63,431 nucleotides of DNA from an uncultured Clostridia bacterium (GCA_949283145.1 CASDRL010000025.1:1-63431), one strand, 5' to 3'; shown: positions 25,643 through 35,647, counted from the stretch's first letter. Translations and numbers: made by a program. The notes: generated by a model from the letters alone, not told the origin.

Positions 25643-26965
25643 TCAGTCCTCATCGGGAGGCGGGAGGAGACAGTCGTCCCCGTCGGCGGAAGTGATGTCG
25701 GCGGAGTCGCTGACCGCCGTCGATCCGTTCTGTTCCGTCTTTCGCGCGGAGTTTTTTGCCAGGGGAAGAGTGACTTCAAACACAGTCCCTTTGCCTTCCA
25801 TGCCGCGGCAGACGATGTTCCCGCCGTGTGCGGTCACGGTCGCCTTGACGATGGCGAGCCCCAGCCCGAAGCTGTTGCCGTCCGGGTTGCTCCTTGCGCC
25901 GTCCGAGCGGTAGAAGCGGTCGAAGACGTGTTTCGCATCTTCCTCGGACACGGCGGCGCCGGTGTTCATGACGCAAAGCCGCGCCCGCCTGCTGTCGGCG
26001 GTGAGTTTGAGCCCGACCCTGCCGTGTTCGTTGCAATACTTGGTGGCGTTATCGAGGAGACTTGCGATCATGCGTTCGAGCGCGTCGCGGTCGCCCATCA
26101 CATGGATGCCGGGCGCGATGTGCGTGATGAGACGCAGCCCCTTCTCGAAGCACAGCGCGTCAAAGCCGAGGCAGGCGCCTTCCGTCACTTCGCTCAGGTC
26201 CACATCCACGGGGTTCAAGGGCGCGTTCTCGATCTTAGACAGCTGCAGCATGCTGACGATGAGCCCGTTCATGCGCTTGATCTGCGCCTCTATGGCGTCC
26301 ATCCACTTGGCGTTTTCCTCAATGGTGGACTGCGGCTCCGATTTCATCACCGCGAGGTTGGTGGCAATGACTGTGAGGGGAGTCTTCAATTCGTGCGAAG
26401 CGTTTGCGATGAGGTCGCGCTGCTTTTGCATGGAATCCGCCACCGGCGCGAGCGCGTAGGATGAATAGAGATAGAAGAAGAGCACCGCAACGATGAGCGA
26501 CGTGACGTAGATGAGCACGACGAGGGATGCCACGGTGACCAGATTCTGTCTGTCTGAGGTGCGGTCGATGACCGCATAGATGACGGTGCCGTCGGGCGCG
26601 CTCTGCGACTGCACGCGGAAATAGAACCCGTTGCATTTGAATTTGCCGTCGCGCTTGACCGTCGCGGCGTGCATGATCGCGTCGCGGTTCTCTCCGTATG
26701 CCGTGAGCCTGTCCTCGTATGCGGGAACAACGCCGATCTTTCCTTCGGGCGTTGTGAAGATGAGGAAACAGGGTCTGCCCATATCGTCCGCGATCTCATC
26801 GGACGGGCGGTCGAGCATGGTTTCAAGCACGGTGCCGGACGTCAGCTCGGAGGAGAGGAATATCGCGGTGCAGAGGATGCCGCAGAGCAACAGAAGAAGG
26901 ATGCCCGAGAGCAGCCCCATCGAGGCGGTGAAGCGTATGCGGAGTTGTCTGAGCGAGGCTTCCAT
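25643..26965 (-). CDS. Sensor histidine kinase
   Basis: Two TM helices, H-box ANASHELKTPLTVI, N/G boxes (NATKY, GLGLAIV). AAAGGA RBS before ATG 26965. Confidence 0.92.
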   Translation of the reverse strand: MEASLRQLRIRFTASMGLLSGILLLLLCGILCTAIFLSSELTSGTVLETMLDRPSDEIADDMGRPCFLIFTTPEGKIGVVPAYEDRLTAYGENRDAIMHAATVKRDGKFKCNGFYFRVQSQSAPDGTVIYAVIDRTSDRQNLVTVASLVVLIYVTSLIVAVLFFYLYSSYALAPVADSMQKQRDLIANASHELKTPLTVIATNLAVMKSEPQSTIEENAKWMDAIEAQIKRMNGLIVSMLQLSKIENAPLNPVDVDLSEVTEGACLGFDALCFEKGLRLITHIAPGIHVMGDRDALERMIASLLDNATKYCNEHGRVGLKLTADSRRARLCVMNTGAAVSEEDAKHVFDRFYRSDGARSNPDGNSFGLGLAIVKATVTAHGGNIVCRGMEGKGTVFEVTLPLAKNSARKTEQNGSTAVSDSADITSADGDDCLLPPPDED

Positions 26966-27073
26966 GCGATATCCTTTGTTCATCGCGCGTTTTTGTGCGA
27001 TGAAGTGCGTTTTTGTGCAAATTGTGTCTTCCGCGAGGGAAGGAAACGCCGCGCATATGCGCGGCGTGCAAGG

Positions 27074-27757
27074 TCAGTTTTTCTTGCGGGGAACGAAACG
27101 GTATCCCACTCCGCGCACAGCCTCTATCGTGAATGACGCATCGAGGTGATTGAGCTTTTTGCGGATGAAAGAGATGTACACTTCGAGGTTGTTGGACTCG
27201 AAATCGCTGTCCAGCCCCCACGCCTTTAAGATGAGGTCCTCTTTGCCGGCGACGAAGTTGGGATATTCGAACATATATCTCAGCAGTTCGAATTCCTTTG
27301 CCGTGAGCCCGATCTCTCCCTTGGGGGTGGAGAGGGTGTAGGAGGTGAGGTCGAGAGTCGCCTCGGCATATTCCAGCTTGTTGTCCGTCACGAGTTTGCC
27401 GCGTCTGCGGAGCAATGCGCGGATGCGGGCGGCAAGTTCGTCAAAAGAGAAGGGTTTTGCGACGTAATCGTCGGCGCCGCGGTCCAGCCCCGCGATCTTG
27501 TCCTGCTCGTCGCCGAGTGCGGTGAGCATGAGGATGGGGGTCTCCACTTTCTTGCGGCGAAGTTCGGAAAGCACTTCGAAGCCGTTCATTTTGGGCATGA
27601 TCACATCCAGCATGATGAGGTCGTAGAGCCCCGAGAGCGAGAAGCTGAGCCCGTCCACGCCGTCATAAACGCAGTCAACGTCATAGCCGTCTTTGGTCAG
27701 CATTTTGGCGATGGCACGGGAAAGATCCTTTTCGTCCTCGACCAACAAAATTCTCAT
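27074..27757 (-). CDS. OmpR-family response regulator
   Basis: MRILLVEDE...DLIMLDVIMP...K receiver domain plus a winged-helix C-terminus (LTAKEFELLRYM, VRGVGYRF). Confidence 0.95.
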   Translation of the reverse strand: MRILLVEDEKDLSRAIAKMLTKDGYDVDCVYDGVDGLSFSLSGLYDLIMLDVIMPKMNGFEVLSELRRKKVETPILMLTALGDEQDKIAGLDRGADDYVAKPFSFDELAARIRALLRRRGKLVTDNKLEYAEATLDLTSYTLSTPKGEIGLTAKEFELLRYMFEYPNFVAGKEDLILKAWGLDSDFESNNLEVYISFIRKKLNHLDASFTIEAVRGVGYRFVPRKKN

Positions 27758-27871
27758 AAGGTAATCTCTCCTGGACAGCAATGTCTTTATTTTGCTGTTA
27801 AATTATTTTCTTATTATATTAAAGAAGCATTAAACCGAAAAATCGGGCGGTTTTTCGCTTCTTCTGCGGGC

Positions 27872-28681
27872 TTAGGCGTACATTTTCCCGAGTATGAACG
27901 ACACCAGCCGCTGCGGCAGCAGCCGTGCAAGATGCACAAGCAGAACATATTTCCACCCTCCCACACGGCTCACGGGCGGGTGCTTCATAAGAGCGGAGCG
28001 CACGATGATCTTTGCGATGACGACGGGGGACATCCCGTTCTTTTCGTCGCGCTCCATCACTGCGACCGACCGCGCGACCCTGTCGCCGTAGGCGGGATCG
28101 TCTGCGGAGTTCTTCTCGCGCGAAGCGGTGAAATCCGTCTTTACATCACCGGGCAGCACCGCGGTGACTTTGATGCCGAAGGGAGCAAGTTCGTTGCGCA
28201 GAGCCGCCGAAAGAGAGGATACCGCAGCTTTCGTCGCCGAATAGAAGGATTGGAAGGGGATGGCGAGTTCCGCCGCGACGGAACTCACGTTAACGATGAC
28301 TCCGCCGCCCTGCGCCCGCATGACGGGGACGACCTCGCGGATGACGTTCAGCACGCCGAAAAAGTTGAGCTCGAAGATCTTGCGCACCGCGGCGTCGTCC
28401 GTGCTTTCCGCAGCGCCCGAGATGCCCATGCCCGCATTGTTGACGAGGATGTCTATCCTGCCGTATTTTTCCGTGATCTTTTCAACGGCGTTTTTCACTG
28501 CGGCGCGGTCGGTCACATCCGTCGGGATGCAGTCGAACTCTTCCGTTGTCCTGCGCGCAAGACAGATCACTTTGGCGCCGCGGGCTTTGAAAAGCTCCGC
28601 CGCGGCTTTGCCGATGCCTGCCGTAGCGCCCGTGACGACTACGATTTTATCCTTTGCTTTGTCGGGCATAAAGATCCGCAT
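27872..28681 (-). CDS. Short-chain dehydrogenase/reductase
   Basis: TGATAGIG, NNAG, YSATK. Start ATG 28681 or 28669 (the ORF-track start 28945 is an over-extension). Confidence 0.9.
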   Translation of the reverse strand: MRIFMPDKAKDKIVVVTGATAGIGKAAAELFKARGAKVICLARRTTEEFDCIPTDVTDRAAVKNAVEKITEKYGRIDILVNNAGMGISGAAESTDDAAVRKIFELNFFGVLNVIREVVPVMRAQGGGVIVNVSSVAAELAIPFQSFYSATKAAVSSLSAALRNELAPFGIKVTAVLPGDVKTDFTASREKNSADDPAYGDRVARSVAVMERDEKNGMSPVVIAKIIVRSALMKHPPVSRVGGWKYVLLVHLARLLPQRLVSFILGKMYA

Positions 28682-28836
28682 CCTCACGCATCCTGGATTT
28701 TCGCACAAGATTATACAACTTTTTTTTGATATAATCAAGGCGAAGAGGGGGTTAAATGCAAGGTTGTATAAAAAAACCGAAATATTAGGCAAATGCAAAG
28801 TTTTATTAAATTGCGTGTGAAAAACCCAACACTCAT

Positions 28837-28865
28837 TTGACCTGTGTACGATTATGGAATATGAT
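28837..28865 (+). promoter_or_regulatory. Promoter of rocD-bioY
   Basis: TTGACC-N17-TATGAT. Confidence 0.5.
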
Positions 28866-28980
28866 GTTAGCGTAAACACGGCGTTCAAGCCGCGTGACCG
28901 CATGCACAGGGGAACCGCAACGGGCGGTTTTTCGTATGTAAGCAAAGGAGACCGTTACGGAAAAGGCTAAAGAGGGCAGT

Positions 28981-30168
28981 TTGTCCGCAAGCATCATAGC
29001 AGACACCGAAAGATATTGTGCGCATAATTACGCACCCAAACCCGTCGTGATCGCATGGGCGGAGGGCGCGCACGTCGTCGATGCCGACGGCAGGGAGTAT
29101 TTTGACATGCTCTCCGCTTACAGTGCGCTCAATTTCGGGCACCGTCATCCCGAGATCGTCGCTGCGGCAAAAGAACAGCTCGACCGCGTGACCCTGACTT
29201 CGCGCGCATTCCACAACGATCTTTTGGGCGAGTTTTGCGGGAAGCTTGCAGCCCTCACGGGCAAGGAGATGGTCCTCCCCATGAACACGGGTGCGGAAGC
29301 GGTGGAGACCGCCATCAAAACCGCGCGCAGATGGGGAGCGATGGTGAAGGGCGTGCCGGACGGCAGGCAGCGCATCGCCTGCTGCGGCGGCAACTTTCAC
29401 GGCAGGACGGTCACCATCATAAGCATGAGCACCGACGAAACGGCGAGGAAGGGGTTCGCGCCCTTCACCGAAGGTTTCGACATCATACCCTACGGCGACG
29501 CCGAGGCGCTCGAGCGCGCCGTCACCCCCGACACCGTCGCGTTCCTTGTCGAGCCCATACAGGGAGAGGCGGGGGTCATCGTGCCTCCGGATGGCTATCT
29601 CTCCGCCGTGCGCGAGATCTGCACCCGCCGCGGCATTCTGATGATCGCAGACGAAGTGCAGACGGGGTTTGCAAGGACGGGCGATATGTTCGCCTGCGAT
29701 CACGAGGGCGTGATCCCGGACATCTACATCCTCGGCAAGGCTTTGGGCGGCGGGATAATGCCCGTCAGCGCGGTCGCCGCGGACCGCGGCATCCTCGGCG
29801 TGTACGAGCCCGGTTCCCACGGTTCCACATTCGGCGGCAATCCGCTCGCCTGCGCCGTCGCTTTGAAGGCGATGGGGATCGTCGTGCGCGACGGCTATCC
29901 CGAGATGGCGCGCCGCAAGGGAGAGAAACTGCGCGCCGCCATTGCCGGCATCCGCAACGACGAGATCGTCGATGTGCGCGGACGCGGCCTCATGATCGGC
30001 GTGGAATTCTCTGTGCCCGCCGCGCCGTATGTGGCAAAACTCATCGAAAACGGCGTCCTTGCAAAAGAGACGCACGAGCGCACCATACGTTTCGCACCGC
30101 CCGTCAACATCCCGGATGAGGAGCTCGACGAGGCGATCGGACACATCGTAAAGGCGTTGACGAAATGA
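28981..30168 (+). CDS. rocD: Ornithine aminotransferase
   Basis: Class III PLP aminotransferase with OAT-type N-terminus (ERYCAHNYAPKPVVIAWAEGAHVVDADGREYFDMLSAYSALNFGHRHP) and ADEVQTGFARTG. TTG start. Confidence 0.88.
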   Translation: MSASIIADTERYCAHNYAPKPVVIAWAEGAHVVDADGREYFDMLSAYSALNFGHRHPEIVAAAKEQLDRVTLTSRAFHNDLLGEFCGKLAALTGKEMVLPMNTGAEAVETAIKTARRWGAMVKGVPDGRQRIACCGGNFHGRTVTIISMSTDETARKGFAPFTEGFDIIPYGDAEALERAVTPDTVAFLVEPIQGEAGVIVPPDGYLSAVREICTRRGILMIADEVQTGFARTGDMFACDHEGVIPDIYILGKALGGGIMPVSAVAADRGILGVYEPGSHGSTFGGNPLACAVALKAMGIVVRDGYPEMARRKGEKLRAAIAGIRNDEIVDVRGRGLMIGVEFSVPAAPYVAKLIENGVLAKETHERTIRFAPPVNIPDEELDEAIGHIVKALTK

Positions 30169-30758
30169 AGCGCAAAAAAGCAGCGAGAACGGCAGAACGG
30201 ACAAAACAGCTGGTTTATGTTGCATTATTCGCAGCATTAACTGCGATTTTGTCGCAAATCAGCATCCCGCTGCCGTCCGGCGTACCGCTCACGCTGCAAA
30301 CTTTCGCAGTTGCCGCGGCGGGGTTTTTCCTCGGCGGGAAGAAGGGGACGGCTGCCACTGCGGTCTGGATCGCGCTCGGCGCGTGCGGCGTGCCGGTGTT
30401 CGCTTCTTTCACCGGAGGCGCGTACAAACTCGTGAGCTTGACGGGCGGGTTCATTTGGGGATTCCTTCCCCTTGCCGCGCTGTGCGGCATGGCTGCGGAG
30501 GCGCCCGGGAGAGGACGCGCGGCATTGCTTGCGGCGGCGGGGCTGGCGCTTTGTCACATGATCGGAGTGGGGCAGTACGCGCTGGTGACGGGCAATCCGC
30601 TCGGTGCGTCCGCTCTCGCGGTATCGGTGCCGTACATCGCAAAAGACATTCTTTCCGTGCTGCTTGCGGCAATGCTCGTCCGCGCAGTCACGGCAAGAGC
30701 GCGTCTCAGCCATCCTTCATTCGGGACGGCATTCGGAAGATCGAAACACTTAAGCTGA
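30165..30758 (+). CDS. bioY: BioY-family biotin transporter S component
   Basis: ISIPLPSGVPLTLQTFAV...GGFIWGF pattern. Confidence 0.88.
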   Translation: MKRKKAARTAERTKQLVYVALFAALTAILSQISIPLPSGVPLTLQTFAVAAAGFFLGGKKGTAATAVWIALGACGVPVFASFTGGAYKLVSLTGGFIWGFLPLAALCGMAAEAPGRGRAALLAAAGLALCHMIGVGQYALVTGNPLGASALAVSVPYIAKDILSVLLAAMLVRAVTARARLSHPSFGTAFGRSKHLS

Positions 30759-30776
30759 ACGGAGGGCTTTTGAAAT

Positions 30777-31370
30777 ATGACCAAGAAAACAAACAAGACG
30801 GATCTGCGCATACAACGCACGCAAAAGGCGATCGTGGACGCTTTCTACGAGCTTCTGGACGAGAAATCGTTCGGTTCCATCACCGTCATCGACATATGCG
30901 ACCGCGCGCTCATCAACCGCGGCACATTCTACACCCACTTCGAGGATAAGTATCAGCTCCTCGACAAGTGCATCAGCGATGTCATGTACGGGCTGCACGA
31001 GCAGGTCAAACAGGCGCACGGCGAAAACGATCTCATCACCTACTACAACGAGGTCATGGCGCTCGGCATCAACTATCTCGCTCAGCACCGCAGACGCCTG
31101 CGCACCATCATCCTCAAAGCGGACAGCGCGCTCGTCTTCGACAAAGTGCACGAGATCCTCACCCACAACATCGTCAACCGCCTGAGCAAAGCCAAGCCCA
31201 AGGCGGGCATGGGCAAAGTGCCCGCGGATATCCTCGCGGAGTTCTTCGCCGGCGGCATCATCTCCCTCATCAAGTGGTGGCTGCTCGAAGAACCCAATTA
31301 TACCGAGGAAGACCTCAAACAGCAGCTCAGTACTCTTGCGGAGATCACGCTCTGCGAATATTGCGCCTGA
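30777..31370 (+). CDS. TetR/AcrR-family transcriptional regulator
   Basis: RIQRTQKAIVDAFYELLDEKSFGSITVIDICDRALINRGTFYTHF. Confidence 0.9.
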   Translation: MTKKTNKTDLRIQRTQKAIVDAFYELLDEKSFGSITVIDICDRALINRGTFYTHFEDKYQLLDKCISDVMYGLHEQVKQAHGENDLITYYNEVMALGINYLAQHRRRLRTIILKADSALVFDKVHEILTHNIVNRLSKAKPKAGMGKVPADILAEFFAGGIISLIKWWLLEEPNYTEEDLKQQLSTLAEITLCEYCA

Positions 31371-31452
31371 CGGCGCGCGTTTTTTGGCGCACAACTTTGT
31401 CAGCACCCTTGTCGTGGATGCTCACGTACGTTTATGTACGCTCCGGCGTCAC
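31367..31452. repeat. M-family copy M7 (left half only)
   Basis: CTGACGGCGCGCG...AACTTTGTCAGCACCCTTGTCG + TGGATGCTCACGTACGTTTATGTACGCTCC. Its first bases contain the TetR TGA stop. Confidence 0.6.
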
Positions 31453-31524
31453 AGCGGATGATAATTAACAGGCACCGCCGCATTTGTGGCGGTGCCTTGT
31501 TTTTCATATCCGCTGTTCCTTATA

Positions 31525-31564
31525 CCCCACAAAGTGTCCTCGCTGCACTGCGGTACTTTGCGGG
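31525..31564. repeat. K-family hairpin, copy K2
   Basis: CCCCACAAAGTGTCCTCGCTGCACTGCGGTACTTTGCGGG, near-identical to 3663-3703. Confidence 0.6.
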
Positions 31565-31685
31565 AACCCCCGTATTCGCATCGTGAAAATGCGGAGATGT
31601 TCGCTTTGTTCCTCGTTCCCACGGAACTATCGCGAAGCTCACTCATTTTCACTCCGCGCGATTTGCCCCCTAACATTCCATGCTT

Positions 31686-31846
31686 TTTTATTATAAAAGT
31701 GCGCCGAGTGTTGCGGGCGGAGCCGTAACACTCGGCGTAATATTATATAAAAGTGTGGGGTCGAGGGGCATATGCCCCTCGCGGGGTCAAGGGGCGGCGC
31801 CCCTCGGAAACTCCCGCATGAGAGCAGGGGCGGCGCCCCTGCCGGG
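31686..31846. repeat. H-family hairpin cluster H5
   Basis: Central hairpin 31701-31737 flanked by A/T runs, then GAGGGGCATATGCCCCTC, AAGGGGCGGCGCCCCT and GCAGGGGCGGCGCCCCTGC. Lies between convergent genes. Confidence 0.7.
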
Positions 31847-32014
31847 TCAAAGATCGTCGACATCCTGTTCCGGAAGGTCGAGGGGGTTGTCGGGCACACC
31901 CGTCCATGAACCGTTGGGGTCTTTCAGCGCCTCCCACACTTCTTTCGGGCTCTGTCCGCCGCTTGCAAGCGTCGGACGTTTGACTTGTTTTGCATTCTTT
32001 TTCTTCTTGTTCAT
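31847..32014 (-). CDS. Small hypothetical protein, 55 aa
   Basis: AAAGGAGG-N5-ATG 32014. Translation MNKKKKNAKQVKRPTLASGGQSPKEVWEALKDPNGSWTGVPDNPLDLPEQDVDDL. Below the ORF-track cutoff. Frame cross-checked against ORF 31639..31899. Confidence 0.55.
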   Translation of the reverse strand: MNKKKKNAKQVKRPTLASGGQSPKEVWEALKDPNGSWTGVPDNPLDLPEQDVDDL

Positions 32015-32156
32015 AACACCTCCTTTCTTTTAGTTTTATTAAAATTAAAAATTTTAAAAGACGAGAAACAGAATTATCAAGAACTGATACAGTCGATTGA
32101 TATTATATTGGCGGCTGTAAAGCAAAAGTATGGTTGAAGTGCAAAGGAGAAGGCAA

Positions 32157-32741
32157 ATGACCTGTTTGGAACAAGCAAAGAAAGGGTACAAAGGAATGAC
32201 GGATATTTTGCGCGAAGTGTGCGATGTGTTGCGCGAATTCGAGCGCACCATCGGCGCATCGCTCGAGGCCAAAGATCTTTTGCAGACGTTTGATGCCGTT
32301 CTGCAATACGGGTTGGTCAGAAATGCGATATGTGACGGAAAGCTCGCGCCGGAAGAAGAGGAGATCATCGAAAAGATAGCAGAGTACGGCAGCCTGGCAG
32401 ACCTTGTCAATATCAAGTTCAATATGGGGCCCGATAAGTTCGTTCTGAAAAGGCTCACGACCATGGACGCGCGCGGCAGAGACTTGGTGTTGCAAATAAT
32501 CGAAGAGGACGTGAAAAGATATGCTTTGAGCATCGCTACGATAATGGGAGTGCTAGCCGCGGCACTCGGCAGAGATCTGGTCTCCGAGATGTATAACCCT
32601 TATTCAGCTATCATCGCCGCCGTTTATAATGCGGACGGGAATGTGGATCAAAGAGAAGTTGATCAAATATCCAACGATTGGATGCAATTCAACTTCTTTC
32701 TTAAAGTCGACAGGGAAACAATGGCGAACAAAAACAGATAA
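32157..32741 (+). CDS. Hypothetical protein with TerB-like repeats
   Basis: DGKLAPEEEEIIEKIA and ADGNVDQREVDQI resemble TerB-fold motifs. AAGGAG RBS before ATG 32157. Markedly lower GC than its neighbours. Confidence 0.6.
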   Translation: MTCLEQAKKGYKGMTDILREVCDVLREFERTIGASLEAKDLLQTFDAVLQYGLVRNAICDGKLAPEEEEIIEKIAEYGSLADLVNIKFNMGPDKFVLKRLTTMDARGRDLVLQIIEEDVKRYALSIATIMGVLAAALGRDLVSEMYNPYSAIIAAVYNADGNVDQREVDQISNDWMQFNFFLKVDRETMANKNR

Positions 32742-32769
32742 AGCAAAACATATCGATCGAGAACAACAC

Positions 32770-32796
32770 AAAACGCGGCGTTTATGCCGCGTTTTT
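32770..32796. terminator. Bidirectional intrinsic terminator
   Basis: AAAACGCGGC-loop-GCCGCGTTTTT between the convergent TerB-like gene and aroQ. Confidence 0.7.
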
Positions 32797-32819
32797 CGTG
32801 TCGTAAAACCGATGTTCGG

Positions 32820-33254
32820 TTATTTGCCGTATTTTTCGGCGAGGTAGACGAGAGCCTCGGAGTAGCCTGCGAAGCCTTTGCCGCAGATGATCTTCTCGGC
32901 GTAGAGAGAGACAAAGGAGCGGCGGCGGAACTCTTCGCGGGAGTTGATGTCGGTGAGGTGCACTTCGACGGTGGGGAGCCCCACGGCTTTCAGGGCGTCG
33001 AGGATGGCGACGGAAGTGTGGGTGTAGGCGGCGGCGTTCAGGACGATGGCGTCGGCGGTGCCGTAGGCGCGCTGGATCTCCGTGACGATGTCCCCTTCGC
33101 TGTTGGACTGAAAGAAGGTGACTTCGACGCCGAGGTCTGCGGCGGCGCGTTCGATGCTGCCGACGAGAGCGGCGTAATCCGCTTTGCCGTAGAGGTCGGG
33201 CTCGCGGATGCCGAGCATGTTGATGTTAGGACCGTTGATGACCGAAATTTTCAT
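32820..33254 (-). CDS. aroQ: 3-dehydroquinate dehydratase, type II
   Basis: MKISVINGPNINMLGIREPDLYG...HTSVAILDAL...VEVHLTDINSREEFR. Confidence 0.95.
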   Translation of the reverse strand: MKISVINGPNINMLGIREPDLYGKADYAALVGSIERAAADLGVEVTFFQSNSEGDIVTEIQRAYGTADAIVLNAAAYTHTSVAILDALKAVGLPTVEVHLTDINSREEFRRRSFVSLYAEKIICGKGFAGYSEALVYLAEKYGK

Positions 33255-34497
33255 AGAACTTCTCCAGTATGGTTCCCGCGCACGCGGCGGGAGTGTCGTC
33301 GTTTGCGGCTTCGGCGTCGGCAAACGCTTTGTAGACGGGCATTCTCACCCGCTGCATTTTTATGAGGGTATCGAGGTCGCGGGAGAGGGGACGTCCCGCG
33401 GTGTCGAGCTTTTCCGTGTCGCGGAGGAGCAGGACGACGAATCCGTTGCCCGCGAGCGCGGCGCGGTTTTCCGGGAACATGGGCGCGCCTCCGCCCGTCG
33501 CGATGACAACGCCCGTCTCCCTCGCGCATTCGGATACGGTGAGGCGTTCCTCGCGGCGGAAATTCTCTTCGCCGCCTTCTGCAAACAGCTCGGGGACGGT
33601 CTTGCCAGTGCGGCGTTCCGTCTCCGCGTCCGTGTCGATGAGGGGGCGTCCGAGTCTTTCGGCGAGGATGGTGCCGACGGTGGTCTTGCCGGAGGAAGGC
33701 ATGCCGATGAGGACGATGTTTGTCAGGTCTTTCAGAAGAGAGCTCCATGCGCACAGGATCTCTCTGCCGTCCGGGCTGTCAGGCGAGGGCTCCGAATAAC
33801 CGTCTCCGCGGAAGATGATGCTTGCGGCTTTTGCTTGTGCCGCGAGCATGAGCAGTCCGCTGCCTGCCGGGACGCCGAGGGACAGAGCCTGCTGCACGAA
33901 GCGGGTGCGCAGAGGATTGAACACGGCGTCGAACACGCCTTTGAGCCGCGGAAAGACGGAGAGGTCGACGGGAGATGCGTCGGCGTGCGGGAACATGCCG
34001 ACGGGGGTGGTGTTGATGACTATCTCCGTCCCGGTGAGCTCGGAGACGTTGGAGTAGTTGAATTCGCCGCGTCGCGAAACGACGGTGACGGAGGCGGCGC
34101 CTTCGCGTCTTGCGAGGGCGCGCGCGGTGTGCGACGTCCCGCCGCTGCCCAGGATGACGACGTGCCGTCCCGCAAGAGAGATGCCCGCGTGGGCGAGGGC
34201 GAAGTGCATCCCGAAAAGGTCGGTGTTGTAGCCCGTGAGTTTCCCGCCGCGGTTGACGACGGTGTTGACCGCCCCGCATTCCTCGGCGGAGGGGTGCAGT
34301 TCGTCAAGAAACGGGATGACCGCGAGCTTGTGGGGGATGGTGACGTTCACGCCTTCGAATGCGCGCTCGCGGAAGAAGGCGGGGAGAGCCTCGGCGGTGA
34401 CGGGGCGCAGCTCATAATCCGCCGTGCCGTATGCCGCGTGCAGGCGGGGGGAGAAGCTGTGCCCGAGAGGATCGCCGATGAGCCCGAACCGCATCAT
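33226..34497 (-). CDS. aroE: Fused shikimate dehydrogenase / shikimate kinase
   Basis: N-terminal AroE (GDPLGHSFSPRLH, NVTIPHK, GYNTD, LGSGGTS) fused to C-terminal AroK (IGMPSSGKTTVG, IATGGG). Confidence 0.92.
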   Translation of the reverse strand: MMRFGLIGDPLGHSFSPRLHAAYGTADYELRPVTAEALPAFFRERAFEGVNVTIPHKLAVIPFLDELHPSAEECGAVNTVVNRGGKLTGYNTDLFGMHFALAHAGISLAGRHVVILGSGGTSHTARALARREGAASVTVVSRRGEFNYSNVSELTGTEIVINTTPVGMFPHADASPVDLSVFPRLKGVFDAVFNPLRTRFVQQALSLGVPAGSGLLMLAAQAKAASIIFRGDGYSEPSPDSPDGREILCAWSSLLKDLTNIVLIGMPSSGKTTVGTILAERLGRPLIDTDAETERRTGKTVPELFAEGGEENFRREERLTVSECARETGVVIATGGGAPMFPENRAALAGNGFVVLLLRDTEKLDTAGRPLSRDLDTLIKMQRVRMPVYKAFADAEAANDDTPAACAGTILEKFYENFGHQRS

Positions 34498-35639
34498 TGA
34501 GCCACCTCGTGATAGCTGCCGAGGAAGACGAACTGTTCCGTCCCCTGGTCAAGCTCTGCGATGAGGGAGAGGGTGTCGGAGTTTTCGATCTGTCCCTCGA
34601 AGTCGAAATAGAACATGAACTCGAAGTCCGTGCCGGGCAGGGGACGGGATTCCAGCTTGGTGAGGTTGAGGCCCAAGGTGGAGAACTTGTTGAGCACGCG
34701 GTTGAGTGACCCCGATTCGTGAGGGAGCGTCATCATGATGCTGATGTGATCCGCGGGGGCGAAGATCTCCAGCCGCTTGCTTATGCAGATGAAGCGGGTG
34801 TAGTTGGAGTCGTTGTCCTGGACGTTGCTGTCCACGATGCCGAGCCCGTAGAGTTCCGCGCAGTTGCGGGAGGAGATGCAGGCGATATCCGTGCGGTCGG
34901 AATTGGCGACGCTTTCGGCGGCGACTGCGGTGTTGGGACATGCCGTGATCTTTGCTGCGGGGAAGTTCTTGGCAAGATACGCGGAGCACTGACCTATGGC
35001 TTGCTCGTGGGAGAAGATCTCCTTGATGTCGCCGCGTTTGATTCCCTTTTTTGCGAGCAGGTGATGGCTGACTTTCAGCTTGATGCTGCGCACGATGTAG
35101 AAATTGTGCTTTTTCATAAGGTCGTACACCGCGTTGACGCTGCCCACCGCGCTGTTCTCGATGGGCAGGACGCCGTAGTCGCACAGCCCCTTTTCCACAG
35201 CCTGGAACACACCTTCGAAATTGCGGAAGAATGTGATGTCAGCGATCTCGAACAGTTTGTCCGCGGCGATGGAAGAGTAGCTCCCGTCCACGCCCTGGCA
35301 GGCGACGGACGCGGAGACTGGGAAATAGCGCTTGCCTTCCATAAGCACCCGTCTCAGCTCGTCGGAGAGGGGTGTGACCGGCGCGACAAGACGGCGCTGG
35401 TAGGCGCGGGCTGTCTCCATAATTGTCTCAAACACGCGTTTAAGATATATTTTTTGCTCGTCATCTGCCTGTTTTGTCACTTTCGCGATGACTTTCTTTT
35501 CGCGCGCGGGGTCAAAGACGGGGGCGTGAGTTTTCGCCTTTTCTTCGCCTATCCTGCGCACCGTGTCCTGTCTTTCAAGGTAGAGCGCGGCGATCTTATC
35601 GTCGATCTCGTCGATCCTGTTCCGAAGTTCTTCGATCAT
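34494..35639 (-). CDS. pheA: Bifunctional chorismate mutase / prephenate dehydratase
   Basis: N-terminal CM (LRNRIDEIDDKIAALYLERQ), then PDT and ACT domains (TRFICIS, ESRP). Confidence 0.92.
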   Translation of the reverse strand: MIEELRNRIDEIDDKIAALYLERQDTVRRIGEEKAKTHAPVFDPAREKKVIAKVTKQADDEQKIYLKRVFETIMETARAYQRRLVAPVTPLSDELRRVLMEGKRYFPVSASVACQGVDGSYSSIAADKLFEIADITFFRNFEGVFQAVEKGLCDYGVLPIENSAVGSVNAVYDLMKKHNFYIVRSIKLKVSHHLLAKKGIKRGDIKEIFSHEQAIGQCSAYLAKNFPAAKITACPNTAVAAESVANSDRTDIACISSRNCAELYGLGIVDSNVQDNDSNYTRFICISKRLEIFAPADHISIMMTLPHESGSLNRVLNKFSTLGLNLTKLESRPLPGTDFEFMFYFDFEGQIENSDTLSLIAELDQGTEQFVFLGSYHEVAQ

Positions 35640-35647
35640 ATTTCACC

